64,000 nt of DNA, from the NCBI RefSeq assembly GCF_009914755.1, contig NC_060926.1; one strand, 5' to 3'. The notes under the pieces were generated by a model that saw nothing but the letters and a program-made list of their open reading frames with translations, had not been told where the DNA came from and searched no databases. Shown here piece after piece: positions 29,937 to 45,181 of the stretch. This DNA comes from the human T2T-CHM13v2.0 reference genome, Homo sapiens. The stretch's first letter is position 1. The number at the start of each line of letters is the position of its first letter. The position numbers and the translations under genes are program-made.

Positions 29937-32299
29937 ACCCCATGCGCACCTCCTGAGCGCCAGCCACAGTGGAAGGCTTTGGGCAAAAGGGACAGCCCTG
30001 ATCCTGCCCTCCTGGGATGTTCCCTCCAGGGACCCAGAGAGAGATAAGGAGATGTAATGTGCAGGTGTCTTGCTGGGCTGTCCTGTAGGCCCCTGAGCAG
30101 GGCTCGGTCCTGGGCTGGGGATTCTGGCTCCCTTGGTGAAATGTCAGTGTCCTGGGGCCTACAGCCCTCATGAGGAGGCTGGGCCTCATCAAGGAGGTAC
30201 CTTTGGATGCAGGAATTTTTCCAGAACAGTCTAGGGGGCCAGGGATGGGAAGGGTAGACAGATGGCTCCCTGCACAGAGGCTCTTGGCGTACGGTTCAGG
30301 TTGAATGCTAGCATCCTGCACATGGGCTGGGTCAACTCAGAGGACAGGGGCGCCTCGTACACTCCAGGTGGCTGGTTTCTGTTTGGAGGGGCCTCCCTCC
30401 CCGCCGCTGCTTGGTCCAAAAGTTGCTTCTAATTGGCTGCACCCTTGGCCTACATGGCACAGGCCTGAGGTGGAGTCCACATTCTTACCAAGTGTCTAGA
30501 ATTATGGAAAGGTGAGAGAGGCCGCACTTTGACCACAGTTTGAGGGTTACTGGCTCTGGCCATCGTCAGTCTTGACAAACTTCTCCTTCCTGCCAACTCC
30601 CTCCCTCCCTCTGGGGCCCAAAGGCCGCCTCTCAGAAAGCCCTGGAGAAAGGCAGTGACCCAGGCAGTTGTTCCTCCTGGGCGCCCTTGGCCCACGTGGC
30701 TCCTGTCACAGCCTCGCACCAGTCAGCCTCCAGATGTTTCCCAAAGAATATGGACCCGGGAGAGTATGGATGCCCACTGCACTAATGCCCCCTTGGCGGG
30801 ACCTGCCTGCTGATACATTGCCTGCAGCATTTTGTAGGAAGATTTGAAATGGGGAATTCTTCTGTCCCAGGGTTGACCCCCATCTGAAGGGGGGGTGCAG
30901 GTGTGACGCCCATTCCAGCGGCTGATCCAGCCATGGGAACTGGGTAGATGCTGGAGCCCCGGAAGGCCCTCAGATTCAAAGGGGTGTGAATAAATGAAAG
31001 AATGAATGAATGACTGGTGGGTGGGGAATAAATCAAATCAGTTTTTTCTTCATGACTTTGACCGCGATGCCTGGGGTCCTCACAGACTTGAGCTTAGCCC
31101 CTTCACTGCATTTTTCCAGCCTGGAGGAAGTTGCTTGCTTTGAAGGAAGTTCTCTAAATGTCTCAGTCCCCTCCATATGCACAAGGAGATTTTAAAAACA
31201 TAGGGTCTTGTGGGACCGAAAATGAAGTGCTGTGATGTGCTCAGGCGCTCAGAGCTGTGCTCTCTGCAGGGGGCTGGCTGGGCTCCCCGCATCCACAGGA
31301 AATAGGAACGACCAGCCCTGGGATTCCTGAGCCCTTTTTCTTTTGGGCAAGATTTTTCTCCATCTTCTGCCTCCTCCTCTCTCTGCAGTGACCTACTCTG
31401 TTTGTAGTTGGATGGGCATCTCTGTGCCAAGCCTTGCTCTAGACACTGTGGTTGTGGCAGGGCCCTCACAGACTGCTGGAGACCCTGAGGTGGAAAATGT
31501 GCCCCTACGCTGTGTCTGACGTCCGGGCTCTAATGCCATGCTTCTGCAGGAGGATGAGAGTCCCTCAACCTGCCGGGCCACCCCAAGCTTACACTGGGGC
31601 CTGGATGGTTCTTTGGCCTGTTAGGAGAGGGAGCATGAGAGCCCCCCAGCTGCTCCAGGGCCTCCCCAAGGAATCTGCGGGGTGAAGGCCGAGCTCAGGG
31701 GTACCTCGGGCCACCACAGTGAGCCTGCCGGAGCGGAGACGGTCCTGCTCAGCCTGGGCTTGCAGACCTCCACGTGGAGCTAAAGTCCTCTCTGACGCCC
31801 GCCTTCCCTGTGCATTGGGCATGGCGGGGGCTCGTCATTGCCTTGAGCTCTGGTCCATTGCACATCTGCCCAGTCGAAGCTCCTTGGCTGCATTCTGGGA
31901 TATTTATTCATTTGTACCTCTTGGAAGTTGGCTTTTGTGGCACGTGTGTGTGCAGGTACCACTCTGATAAAGAAAACAAAAGGTAGATGTGAAGAAATGA
32001 AAATGGCTGGACACAGACAATTGTTTAAATGCTTCTACAGCAGTGGTTCTCAAGCCCTCTCAGTCCTATTTCCCTCTGCAGCCTCAGGTTCCCCTGCAGG
32101 CCCAGGATTCTGAGCAGGGTGAGACCTTGCTGTAGAGGGGGCAGGAAGGGATCACCTGGCCCACTGGAGGAGGCCAGTCCTGGATGAATGAGTGGGCAGC
32201 ACATGTGACCTCTCAGCAAGTGACAATGGGGGCAGCCAGAGGAAGTGCTTCTACACTGACAGAGCTCAGCCACTCTGGGACTTCATAAACCAGCTCTGA

Positions 32300-32490
32300 G
32301 TAGAGGGGGCCTGCAAGACCATCCTCATGCCCAATGATTTACCAGAAAGGCTCACAGGACTTGGGAAAAGCTGGATGCTCACAGTTACTGTTTATTACAA
32401 TGAAAAGATACAGATTTAAATCAGCAAGGGGAAAAGGTGCATGGGGTGAAGTCCAGGAGAAACCAGGCTCAAGCTTCCAGGTGTGCTATC
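32300..32490. mobile_element. MER21-like LTR fragment
   Basis: CAAGACCATCCTCA...GTTTATTACAATGAAAAGATACAGATTTAAATCAGCAAGGGGAAAAGGTGCATGGGG. Confidence 0.65.
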
Positions 32491-32673
32491 CCAGCACACT
32501 GGGGTCATACAGAGGGGTCCGCTGTTCCACGCCATATTTCTTCCCGCTGTCATCCCCCGCCTCTGAAATCTTGTCTTCAGACCTGTTATCAAACCAGGGA
32601 TGCTTCAAGATTTAGCATCCTCTCTCAGCTCACCTATTAAAAATTCAGATTCATTTTGTCCCCATGGCCCCTA

Positions 32674-32977
<304 letters not shown>

Positions 32978-33859
32978 TATTTTAAAAGAGAATTTGATGT
33001 CTGAACAGCAGATTCTTTGAAACTGATCCCGCCTTACCCCTATTCCCATAGGGGAAGAGTGGGAGTTCAGAAATCACCTCTCTGATGCAAGGTAGCCATC
33101 TTGTTTTGTACACAAGCCAGCTGGTGGCTGGGGAAGCACTGACTGGGCTCGCCCAAGATCCTGTACCCTTTCCCTTCCCCTTCAGCTACTCGCTTCCCAA
33201 GACCCCTCTCCATACAATTACTCGGAATCCCTTTAGGACATCCATGCCTCACATGTCCTCCTTCCTACTCATGACTATGGGGCACTGACTCTTCCTTATT
33301 CTCACGTTCTTGTTCTTCATTTGGACTATGATTCTGCTTCCCACCGCAATGGTGCCTGCACAGGGAACTCTCAGACTGACCATACTCTGAGCCCATACCT
33401 TGGCCTCAGCTTAGGGGCCCATGAATCCATGATATCAGGATAGCCTCAGTGAGGCCAGCGAGAAGCTAATAGTAGTGACTGGCTAATACAAAACTTAGGC
33501 AGGTGGAGATGACTCTTTTACATGGTTCCCCAGTCATTCACCAGACAGACTCAGCCTCTTGGATTCAGGGGGCAATTTCAGGCTGCCCTAGTTTCTTGTT
33601 TCCCAGGTGATGTTCAGCAAGAGGCATATGGCTTTCCCCCTGATTTGAAGAGGTGGTACAAAGCCCTCTGCCAGGAAAAGGGATTCTACCCAGCAATGTG
33701 GGCTCTGCTTCCTCTGGTGGAGAGGGGCCTCATGAGCCCCTAGGATGGAGATTTTGACCCTTAGTAGTATGTGAGTGGGGCCACTGTTGTCCTGGCGCTG
33801 GATGCCGAGTTCAGACACGGTTGAACAGCTTTCTCTCTGCTAAACTGAATGAAGGGTAG

Positions 33860-35980
33860 AAGCCTTACTTCTCTGTATTTTCCTTTACCACTCTCCATTT
33901 TCGATAGAATTGCTTTAAAGTATTTCCTTCAAATCTATTTAGAACCATATTATGCAGTGTTATAATTTCGTTTCAATGATGAAACATAATTTAGAAAACT
34001 CAGGAGAAGAAGGAAAGCCTATTGTATTTATTCATATATTTTCTTATGTGTGTTTTTCTTCCTTCCTGATGTTCTCAGTTTCCTTCTTTTATTATTTTCT
34101 TTCTGATTAGAGCATTTTCTTTAGCCATTCTTCTAGGTAGGTCTGCTGATGACATATTCTCCTTATTTTCAATTTTTCCTTCCTTCCTGAAGGATAGTTT
34201 CCCTGAGTATCGGATTCTGGGCAGACAGTTTGATTTTTTCCCCCATCACTTGAAAAATATTTTGCTACTTCCTTCTGGCCTCCTTGGTTTCTGGCGAGAA
34301 ATCTGTTACAATTTTAATTGTCTTTTTTTCCCTATAGTAAGATGTTATTTTTCTTCTGTTATTTTCAAGATTTTTTTTCTTTGTCCTTAGTTTTCAGAAC
34401 TATGATGTATCTTGGCATGTATTTCTTTGGGTTTATCCAGTTAGAGGTTTTCTCAGTTTCTTGAATCTGTTGGTTTATGTGTTTTTCCAAATTGGGGGTG
34501 TTTTTGGCCATTATATTTTCAAAAAATATGAATGTTTAGCCTCTCCCTTTTTCTCTTCTCCCTCCAGGACGTCAGTGACATGAATAGGAGGTCTTTTGTT
34601 ATTGTTCCACAGGCCCCTGAGACTCTGCCTCTCTGTCTGTCTCTTTTCAGTTCATTTTCTCTCCACTGTTTAACGTGGGTGATTTCTGTTGTGCTGTCTT
34701 TCTGTTCACTGACCTTTTTCTCTGGCTTCTCCCTTCTGCTGTTGAGTTTACCCACTGAGCTTTATATTGTAGTTATTACTTTTTAATTCATTAATTTCCA
34801 TTTAGAAGGTATATTCTGTTTCTTTGCTGAAGCTTTCAATTTCCGTCTGTTTCAGTCATGTTTGTAATTGCTCCTTGAAGCATTTTTATCATGGTTGCTT
34901 TAAAATCTTTGTCAATTCTAGCATCTCTGCTGCCTCAGAGTCTGCATCTACAGGCTGTCTTTTCCCGTTTAGTTTGAGATCTTCCTGGTTCTTGGTATGA
35001 TGAGGGATTTTTACTTGCAATCTGGACAGTTTCATTTTATGCTATGAGGGTCTGGATCTTATCTAACCCTTCTTCTTAGCTGGCCCTTTTTGACACTGCC
35101 CTGGCACCATTGATACTAGGGTGGGGGTGGCCTTGTTTTCCCCAGGTTGTGGTAAAGATCTCCCCTTCCTGGTTGGGGAGGGAGAGCTGTGCCTTTTTAA
35201 AGCTTCTTGAGGGTGGAAGCCTGGGGCTCCCCACTCGGCCCTTGCTCTCAGTATGAGGTGGGTCCACAGTCTTCCCTGCAGCGTTTGGCTGGAGAGCAGT
35301 TATCGTCTCAGTTTTCTGCCCTGTGAGGCTGCACCTTTCTTGATTCTTTGGCTAAAGAGAGCAAGCTTTTGTTGGAGTTCTTGTGTTCTGTGCCTGATGA
35401 TATTTCTGGGTGGCAGACTTCTTTATCTCTAAGTCTGGGATATATAAGACAAAAAGAAAAGCCAGGGAACCCACCCTTGTGTCCTTCCTTGGATCCTAAG
35501 GTTCCTAGCTGGTCCACCACCTTCACTCTACCTTTCGGAGCCCTCCCCTCCCCTCCCCTCCCTTCCCTTCTTCTTTTTCTTTTTCTTCTTTTCCTGAGAT
35601 GGGTTCTTGCTGTGTCACCTAGGCTGGAGTGCAGTGGCATGATCATAGCTCACTGTAGCCTGGAACTCCTGGGCTCAAGTGATCCTCCTGCCTCAGTTCC
35701 TAAGTAACTCAGACTACAGGAGTGCACCACCATGCCTGGCTAATTTTTTATTGTTATTTGTAAAGATGGGGTCTTGCTGTGTTGCCCAGGGGGTCTCGAA
35801 CTCCTGGGCTCAGGCGATCCTCCTGCCTCACCCTCCCAAAGTACTGGGATTCCAGGCATGAGCCACCGCACCCTACCCAGGGTGTTATCATGTTTGGTTT
35901 ATATATAACGTCCAGGGCTTTTAGTTGTACTTAGCAGAGGAAAACGGAAAGTAGGTCTGCTTCACCTTCCTGGAAGCTAA
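33860..35980 (-). mobile_element. Old L1M (MC/MD-type) ORF1/5' region with nested AluJ
   Basis: T-rich antisense L1, same family as 10300-12450. Confidence 0.7.
35570..35878 (-). mobile_element. AluJ element
   Basis: GATCATAGCTCACTGTAGCCTGGAACTCCTGGGCTCAAG. Confidence 0.92.
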
Positions 35981-36579
35981 TATCCACATACATTTCCTTG
36001 ATAATCAGAAAAATTAAAATGCAATCGTGTTTCACCAAGTGCTACAGAGTAGTTAGGTTGAAGAAATTAGAGAATAAGCAGAAGGCTGCCTTAAAGCTGA
36101 AATGCATCTGAGCAAGGACTCAACGGGCCAGTGGCAACAGTTCTGAACCACAGCACAGCTCTTTTGCTTATAAACCTCTATGTAAATATTTTGGCCGGAA
36201 TTTCCCATGCAGCTTTGTATGTTTCCATTCATTCAGCCCTAGGAGGGCTGATGCGAGGAAAGGAACAGAACAATCGCAACCCTGTGTATTTCACACAATT
36301 AATACCCGAGAAATGGAACCTGCGTGTCCCCCTTCGTATTTGGCTCTGGCTTTGAGCTGGTCCAGTGACTGTTTTTCGTACCAGAAGTCCCTCCCAGAAG
36401 GTCTGCTTAAGTGTTCAAGCAGATAGGGAAAGCGCAGGAGGTGAGCGTGCAGGTGGGCGAGGTGCAGGCTCTGCTCTCCCGGCAGCCCGTGCAGGCCACA
36501 GGCTTCCTGTCTCTGCTCATCTAACCTGAACCATCCTAGGAAGGGAGGCAGCGATGAGGTTTCCTGACTCAGAAGGAAG

Positions 36580-37412
36580 CTGAAAACGACCTTAGCCCTT
36601 TTTATTGCACTTCCTTTTCTGGGCCGCACAGGAGGGAGGCTGGGTCAGTGTATTCTGAAGATGAAATGTGGAGGTGGCAAGACCTGCGGAGTCCCCGAAC
36701 CCTTGGCCCTCTCTCCGCACGCCTGCGTTTCTGCTCCTGTGTGCTTGTCTGTCTGTGACACAGGCCGCGGCCGCATGGCTGAAGAGAGGGGATCCCTATT
36801 TGCTCTCCTGTCATTATTGCTGTCACAAAGACCATCCATGCCATTTGCCTCTGGGGAACAATGATGTCGTTTGGGTTCCTGGATGCCCTCACGCCATTCA
36901 TTCACGCATCAAACATGTGCGAGGTGCTGACTCGCAGACAAACTCCGCGTGCTCAGCATGCTGCTCTCACAAGATTCTCGGCTCTTCTCTGTCCCTCTAG
37001 TGACATTCTCATGGGAAAACATACAATTGCCCACCTCATATTCACAGAGAGGGTCTTTTCCATTGCCTGGCGGTCAAAGGGAGGCAGAGACTGTGATGAC
37101 ACAGAAAGGCCAGGCAAGCCCTTCCCCACACTGGGCCACTCCAGGGAACACTGGTTTTGATTCATGCATGGCAGAGTCTCCACACCCCAGGTCATTGTCC
37201 TACCACCTTTTTCAAAACTGGGGGAAAAATATGTGCCTGGATATTACCCCTACCACATATCCGCACAAATCAAGGAACCGGGTTCTATTTTGCCTGCATG
37301 TCCATGTCCGCTTCCTCCTCCTCGGCGTCTTCCTCCTTTCCCTGCTCCAAGCTGAGCAAAAGCAGATGAGTATTACGTACCAGTTTCTTCCATTCTGCTT
37401 CCACCGATGTTA
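36580..37412 (-). other. Candidate minus-strand exon (32-nt cassette 37381-37412, or terminal exon ending near AATAAA at 36601-36606)
   Basis: Acceptor TTTTTTCCTCTATTTTATTGTTTTTTTAG; donor CTG|GTACGT; read-through frame open to TAG at 37285-37287. Confidence 0.35.
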
Positions 37413-37951
37413 CTAAAAAAACAATAAAATAGAGGAAAAAAGGGAATCACCCTCAAACCGCAGCTGTAATCTGATTCTGCCACTAGGCAGCTGTACTGGC
37501 TTGGGAAAGCCAGCCGCCCTTTCTGAACCTCAGTTTCCTAATTGTTACGATTAAAGGGCTGGACCTTCCAGGCAGCCCATCCTAAGGGCTCTCACGCTGG
37601 GCATCAGTCCAGATCTTGTTCTTCTCACCAGGACTCGGACTGAGCGCTTGGAAGACCCTTTCTTGTGCATAGAATATCTTTCAATCACTCAGATTCTCTT
37701 CATGCAGGTTTTAAGAACATCGCTCTCCACTGCTCCTAAGAGAGGTGGTGGGCGTCAGTCTGTGCAATTTGGTGTAAGTAGCCAAGCGTCTACTTGGAGG
37801 ACGGTGTCTGGATGGAAGGTGCTGGAGCTGATGCCTCGGGCCTTTTCTTAGCACTGGTTCCTTGCAGAGAACTTCTCTTCTCCACTGATGTATCTCATTC
37901 CTGGGGCAATCTGAGCTTACTTAGCAAGGAGGACGTTCAAGGAAGACGAAG

Positions 37952-37987
37952 TTTTTTTTTTTTTATACTTTAAGTTCTAGGGTACAT
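37952..37987 (-). mobile_element. Extremely 5'-truncated L1PA 3' end
   Basis: T13 + ATACTTTAAGTTCTAGGGTACAT, the reverse complement of the primate L1 terminus. Confidence 0.75.
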
Positions 37988-38114
37988 AGATTCATAGTAA
38001 ATTCCTGACTTGAGAGACATATTTCTTTTTCAAAAACTAACTAAACATTTGGACTTTTATTCTGTGGGTGAATGGGAGCTCACAGGATGGTATAACCCCC
38101 AAAGCGCCAGGACC

Positions 38115-38851
<737 letters not shown>

Positions 38852-41347
38852 GTGCCTCACCATGGACATAGGTCTCTATGAGGACCCTTTGGGGAGGAGG
38901 CTCTGAAAAGGAGCGAGAGATGGGGAGAGGCTGCCACAGTCGTGGTGAGATGCTGGGTTTGGGTTAGGGCAGGGCAAGGAGGGCTGGGCGGGGGATCCCG
39001 GAAATACATAGGAGCTAAGTGAGCAGGGCTGGAGACCGGCTGGCTGAGGGTTGAGAGGCGCTGAAGATGAGAAGGTTCTGGACTGGACGGCAAAGCAGAC
39101 AGAAGAGTGGGTGTTGCTGAGGACCAGATTTAGGGGGTGATGGAGGATGGCGTGCGGGTCCTGCTGTGATGCCCGTGGGACATCTGGGTGCCTCTGCTCC
39201 AGAGGACCAGGCTGGTTCTGAACAGTGGGGGGCAGTGAGGCTAGCGTGTGGATTTTTTTGTGTGGCATCGAGAACCGGGTGAGCTTATTGACCTGTGTGG
39301 GCTCGCTGGCATCTTGGGAACAGGTGAGTTGCTTCTCCACGCAGCTGGAAGGAAGAGGGTGTCAAGGAGGTGGCAGATCCCACGTGCTTCCCTTCCTGGC
39401 ACCATAACCACCAACATCCCACAGAAAGGCAGAGGCATTTACGGAGAGAAGGAGGCAGTGAGCCTGTCCCCACCCTTCCCCTGACTCTCCGAGGGTCTCA
39501 TGTGGCCATCGGTCCGGAGTAGACTCCTGGCTTCTTGTGAGGGTGGTGCTGGCCCAGGCACCCTGGAGGCAGCTGGTACCCTGATGGGTGAGGACCGCAG
39601 ATTTGGAGAGCTGTCACTACCTGTCCAGGCGGGAGAAGCCACAGCCCGGGCAGGGTTTGAAATACCTGCTGACTTCAGCCTGTCCTGTAAGCTCATGATA
39701 ATGTGCCCACCCCAATCCAGTTTAATATCCCCTCAAAAACACTCCTCAGGATCCCAGGGGGCTCAACTATGGACATCAACGAGCTCCCTGGAGAGAGCAC
39801 GCAGGGAGTGGGTGGACCCTGGGGACACTGCCACTTAGGTAGCTTCACTCAGAAGACAAGAGGTTGGAGGAGAAGGCAGCAGAGGCAGACACAGCGAGAG
39901 GGCTGAGACCCTGAGTGGGCTAGGGGAGAGACCCAGGATGGGGCCGCATGGAGATGGGAAGGGGAGTGGATGGAGCTTAGGGAGACTGGCGAGTGTGGGT
40001 GGAGGCCTGCGACAGAAAAGCCCCTCAGCCTCTGAGACACAGGCACCTTTGCACATGGGGATGTGGGGACATGGGCCACATGGGGCTGGCTCTCACTGTC
40101 CGTCTTCCAGGCTGTGAAGGACAGTGAAAGTCTGGGCCTGCAGGGAGCTTGTATTTTAGTGGAAGGACAGAGGCTTCATGAAAAATAAGTGAAGATTGAC
40201 TATCAGATGGGGTTAAGAGCTAGGAAGCAGGGTACGGGGTAGAGATGGAGCGAGTGGGGTGCTGAATGGAGGCCTGGTGGAGGAAGTCCCTCCGAGCCCT
40301 GCCCTCAGGGAGGGGTGGTCCTACAGAGGCCTGGGCAATTCCAGGCTAGGCCAAGTCCTCAAGGGGCCACGCGGGAGGGGGTTCCAGCGGAGGCTCCTGT
40401 TTCTCTGATGAAGGGGAGGCAGGGGGTTGGGGAGGAACTTGGCAGCATGGGGACTGGGGGAAAGGTGGGTCCCTAAGGGCACCAGGAGAGGGGCCGATCA
40501 AGGAGGTCTCGGGACTGTTCCAGGGAGGAGGCCAGCTGGACACGAGGCCTGCGATCCAGGCTCCCTGAGGCCACTCTTCACTTCAGGGAGTTTCTGACCT
40601 TCTGGACCCAGTTACCAGCAGGGGCAGGTGCTCTGTGCCGAGCTGGGGGGTGAATATGGAGCTGAGTGTGGCCAGGATGATCTAGGGCAATGGTGGACAC
40701 TGCACATAAATGCAGGCCACGTCTGTTAAGGGCACCTGCTGTGACTTCTTGCTGTGTCTATGCTGCATTAAAACAGTAAAAAGAAACCGGGGCCATCCAC
40801 TCTAACAATGTGTTTTATTAAACCCTCTGTTTAAAAACCCTCTGTGACAGCTTCCTTGTCTCATGTGCCTGGTGGCCTCCCATGGCTGGCGGCCGCCGTG
40901 TGGGATGTGCAGGTCCGAGGGTGAGATGGGGCTGGGCGAGGGGCAGTGATGCTCAGGTGGCTCCTGGGAGGGTGTGGTCCTGATGAAGAGAAGCAAGGCC
41001 AGCCTCTTTCGGGCAGGCCCCCCTCCCTCCGAGAGTTGGAGGGCACTGTGTTCCAGATGGATGAGCGGCCTCCTCCTGGGCGAGCTAGCTATGGGGCCGT
41101 GTTTCCTGGAATAAGCCCTCGTCTCTGGGGAGAGTGGCAGAACTCGAGGGAGCCACCTCAGCCTCCCCAGAGCCCACAGCCACACAGGAAGCCCCTTCCC
41201 ACTGGGCTCTGGGCTCCTGCACGAGGGTTCTTGCCTCAGGAAGAAAGCGGGTCTCCCTTCGCTCCTGTGGGGCAGAGAGACGGGGCTGTGAGAAGTGAGT
41301 TGTGGAGGTGGGTGAGGCTGGAGGCCCAGGCAGCTCTAGGGGCGTAA

Positions 41348-41833
<486 letters not shown>

Positions 41834-42857
41834 TATGTCTTATCTTTAAATACCTGGTGTATGTTTCCTGGTGAGCCGTCTTTCTCCAGCTTGACCCTCC
41901 TGCAAACCTTACTTGTGAGTAAGATTCCTTTTCTCGGTGCGTGGTCTGTGTCCTCCTTTGACATCATTAGGGGATGAGCAAGGCGGAAGCAGCCCAGCCC
42001 AATGGTGCCATTGGCACAGCCAGGACACACTGAGGGGACCTGACCACACGCATGTGCCCAGTCCTGGGACCCGGTACAGGGGTGGCCTCCTTTCCTTCCT
42101 GTGGAATGGGGGTCCTGCAGTGCCATCCATAATGGCTGCTTTCTGTGACTGTGGAAGGTTGGCCACTTAGAACAGAGGAAAAGAGGTTTGATGCCAGGAT
42201 GCAGCCGCTGCAGCCAGGCTCACTATAGGGACCCCCAGGCCGGCTCCCCTGGGGCGAGGACTGTGGCTGGAGGGCCAGGCTGGGAGGTAGGAGTCATCCT
42301 CCAGCAGCCCCTGGGGCACAGTGAATGGACCGTTTGTGTTTTATGAACAGCCCAGTATCACAGGAATGCAGCCCAGCCCCACTTTGGGGGCAAGAAGGAG
42401 CTGAGAGCTGAGAAATCATAATAAAACACCCCTCCCGGGAAGCACTCGCATGAATCACGGTTCAGGTAATAATAACCCTTTTGGCAAAAGCGTTTTCTCT
42501 GCCCCAAGCCACAGTATGTGCAGTCGCACAAAGGGCCCTGTGACCGGGCGGCTGTGCCGCCAAGTGCATGCTCTTGCGGTTCTTGAATTCTGCTCTTTTC
42601 ACAGGGCTGGGGCTGGCGAGGAATTTAGAGGACTCCAAAGCTTCATGAAATAATACTCCGGGGCTGCATTTATGTAACAGATACATATAGTTATTGGGGT
42701 CCTAGTCAGAGCAAAATAAACTTTAAAAATCTTTATATTAATCTCATTTGTAGTTTCATATTAAGCGATTTCTCTTTTTTTTGACTAAGGGAATGGAAAC
42801 TACCCTGCAGAATGCGATGTTGGCAGCCTGAGTGGGTTTAGGGTATTGAAAGAGCTA

Positions 42858-43381
<524 letters not shown>

Positions 43382-43483
43382 TCATCTTCAGGATCTCACT
43401 CTTCTCTCCAGGCCTCAGTTTTCTTATCTTTAAAATTAGAAGGGCTATCTGGGCTGGCACAGGCGAAGCCCTCTCTTGCCTTG

Positions 43484-43680
43484 GCCACCTCCCACACCAG
43501 AATAGTCACCATGGCCCATCAGTGACCTCACAGCCACCTCCCATGCCAGGACAGATACCACCAGCCTGTCAGCGACCCCACGGCCACCTCCTATGCCAGG
43601 ACAGAGACCACCAGCCCATCAATGGCCCAACAGCCACCTCTCACACCAGGACAGACACCATCAGCCCGTCAGCAATCCCT
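43484..43680 (+). repeat. Diverged ~50-bp minisatellite x4
   Basis: GCCACCTC at 43484, 43533, 43583, 43633, each followed by CCAG(G/A)A.AG..ACCA. Confidence 0.9.
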
Positions 43681-44169
43681 CTTCATGGAGGACAGACTCA
43701 GCCTCAGGACCACTCTCTACAGAGCTCCAAGCTAGTGTGGAGACAAATCCTGTTGGCCATGAGGACACCAGGCCGTTCACTCATTCATTCACTCATTCAC
43801 TGGCACAACCACTTTTCTGACGCCTTTACTGTATGCTCAGCTCTGTGGGGGCTTTAGAGGTCACCCACCTCTGAGCATACAGTAAATGTCCTGTGGACAG
43901 CTTCTGGCCTCGGGTTGTTGGTTAAGTTAGACTGTATTAGAAATAAAACAAAAATATGTGTGTTAAGTCTCAGATTAGTAAAGGATGCAATTACAAAGCC
44001 CAAAGTAGAATCTCCTGGGGACTTAACAGACGGAAGAAAATCATGATGTAAAGAATATATTATTCATTCATTTATTTAAGAAATATCTGTTTCCTGCCTG
44101 TGATCTTCAAGGCCCACGTTTGGGCTTTGTAAGAAACACAAGTGTAGATATGGATTGTGTTCACTGAGA

Positions 44170-44640
44170 GGGTGTGTGTGTGCACGCATGTCTGCACACA
44201 TCTCTGTGTGCATGTGTGTGTGTGCATGGAGTGTGTGCGTGTGCATGAGTGTGTGTGCGCCTGTGCACGCATCTCTGTGTGCAAGTGCATGTGTGTGCAT
44301 GAGTGTGTCCGTGTGCGTGTGTGTGTGCATGAGTGTATGTGTGTGCATGTGTATGTTTGTGTGCATGAGTGTGTGCGTGTGTGTGCATGAGTGTGTATGT
44401 GTGCATGAGTGTGTCTGTGTGCATGAGTGTGTATGTGTGCGTGTGGATGTGTGTGTGCGTGTGTGCATGAGTGTGTATGCATGAGTGTATGTCCATGAGT
44501 GTGTGTGTGTGTATGTGTAGGCATATGTGTATGTGCATGAGTGTGTGTGCATGAGTATGTGTGCATGAGTTTGTGCATGCATGTATATGTGTGTGTGCAT
44601 GAGTGTGTGTTGTGTGTGTGGCCAAGCACAGTTGTGCATG
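44170..44640 (+). repeat. (GT)n/GTGCATGAGT compound microsatellite
   Basis: Directly visible alternating purine-pyrimidine tract. Confidence 0.97.
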
Positions 44641-44749
44641 CAGGTCCAGGAGAGGGGCAAGTTGCTCCAGAGGCCCATGAGGTGTCAGCTGGGTGCTGGG
44701 CCAGGCTCTTCACGTGAATTGTCCCATTGACGCAGAGAGTCTGTCTCCT

Positions 44750-44850
44750 CTGTTTTTTTGGTGAGGAAACCGAGGCACAGAGAGATTAAGAAACTCCCTG
44801 TGGTCACTCAGCAAGTGACTAGCAGAGCCTCGCTGCAGCTGGACTTCTCT
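44750..44850 (-). mobile_element. MIR fragment
   Basis: GAGGAAACCGAGGCACAGAGAGATTAAG. Confidence 0.75.
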
Positions 44851-44874
44851 CACTGTGTATCTGTAAAGAATTCG

Positions 44875-45181
<307 letters not shown>

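Noticed and set aside
43484-43680. CRISPR-like repeat-spacer array
   Set aside because: Intervening sequences are homologous to each other (minisatellite) and the context is primate DNA with no cas genes
44072-44713. His/Thr and Cys/Val ORFs
   Set aside because: Microsatellite translation
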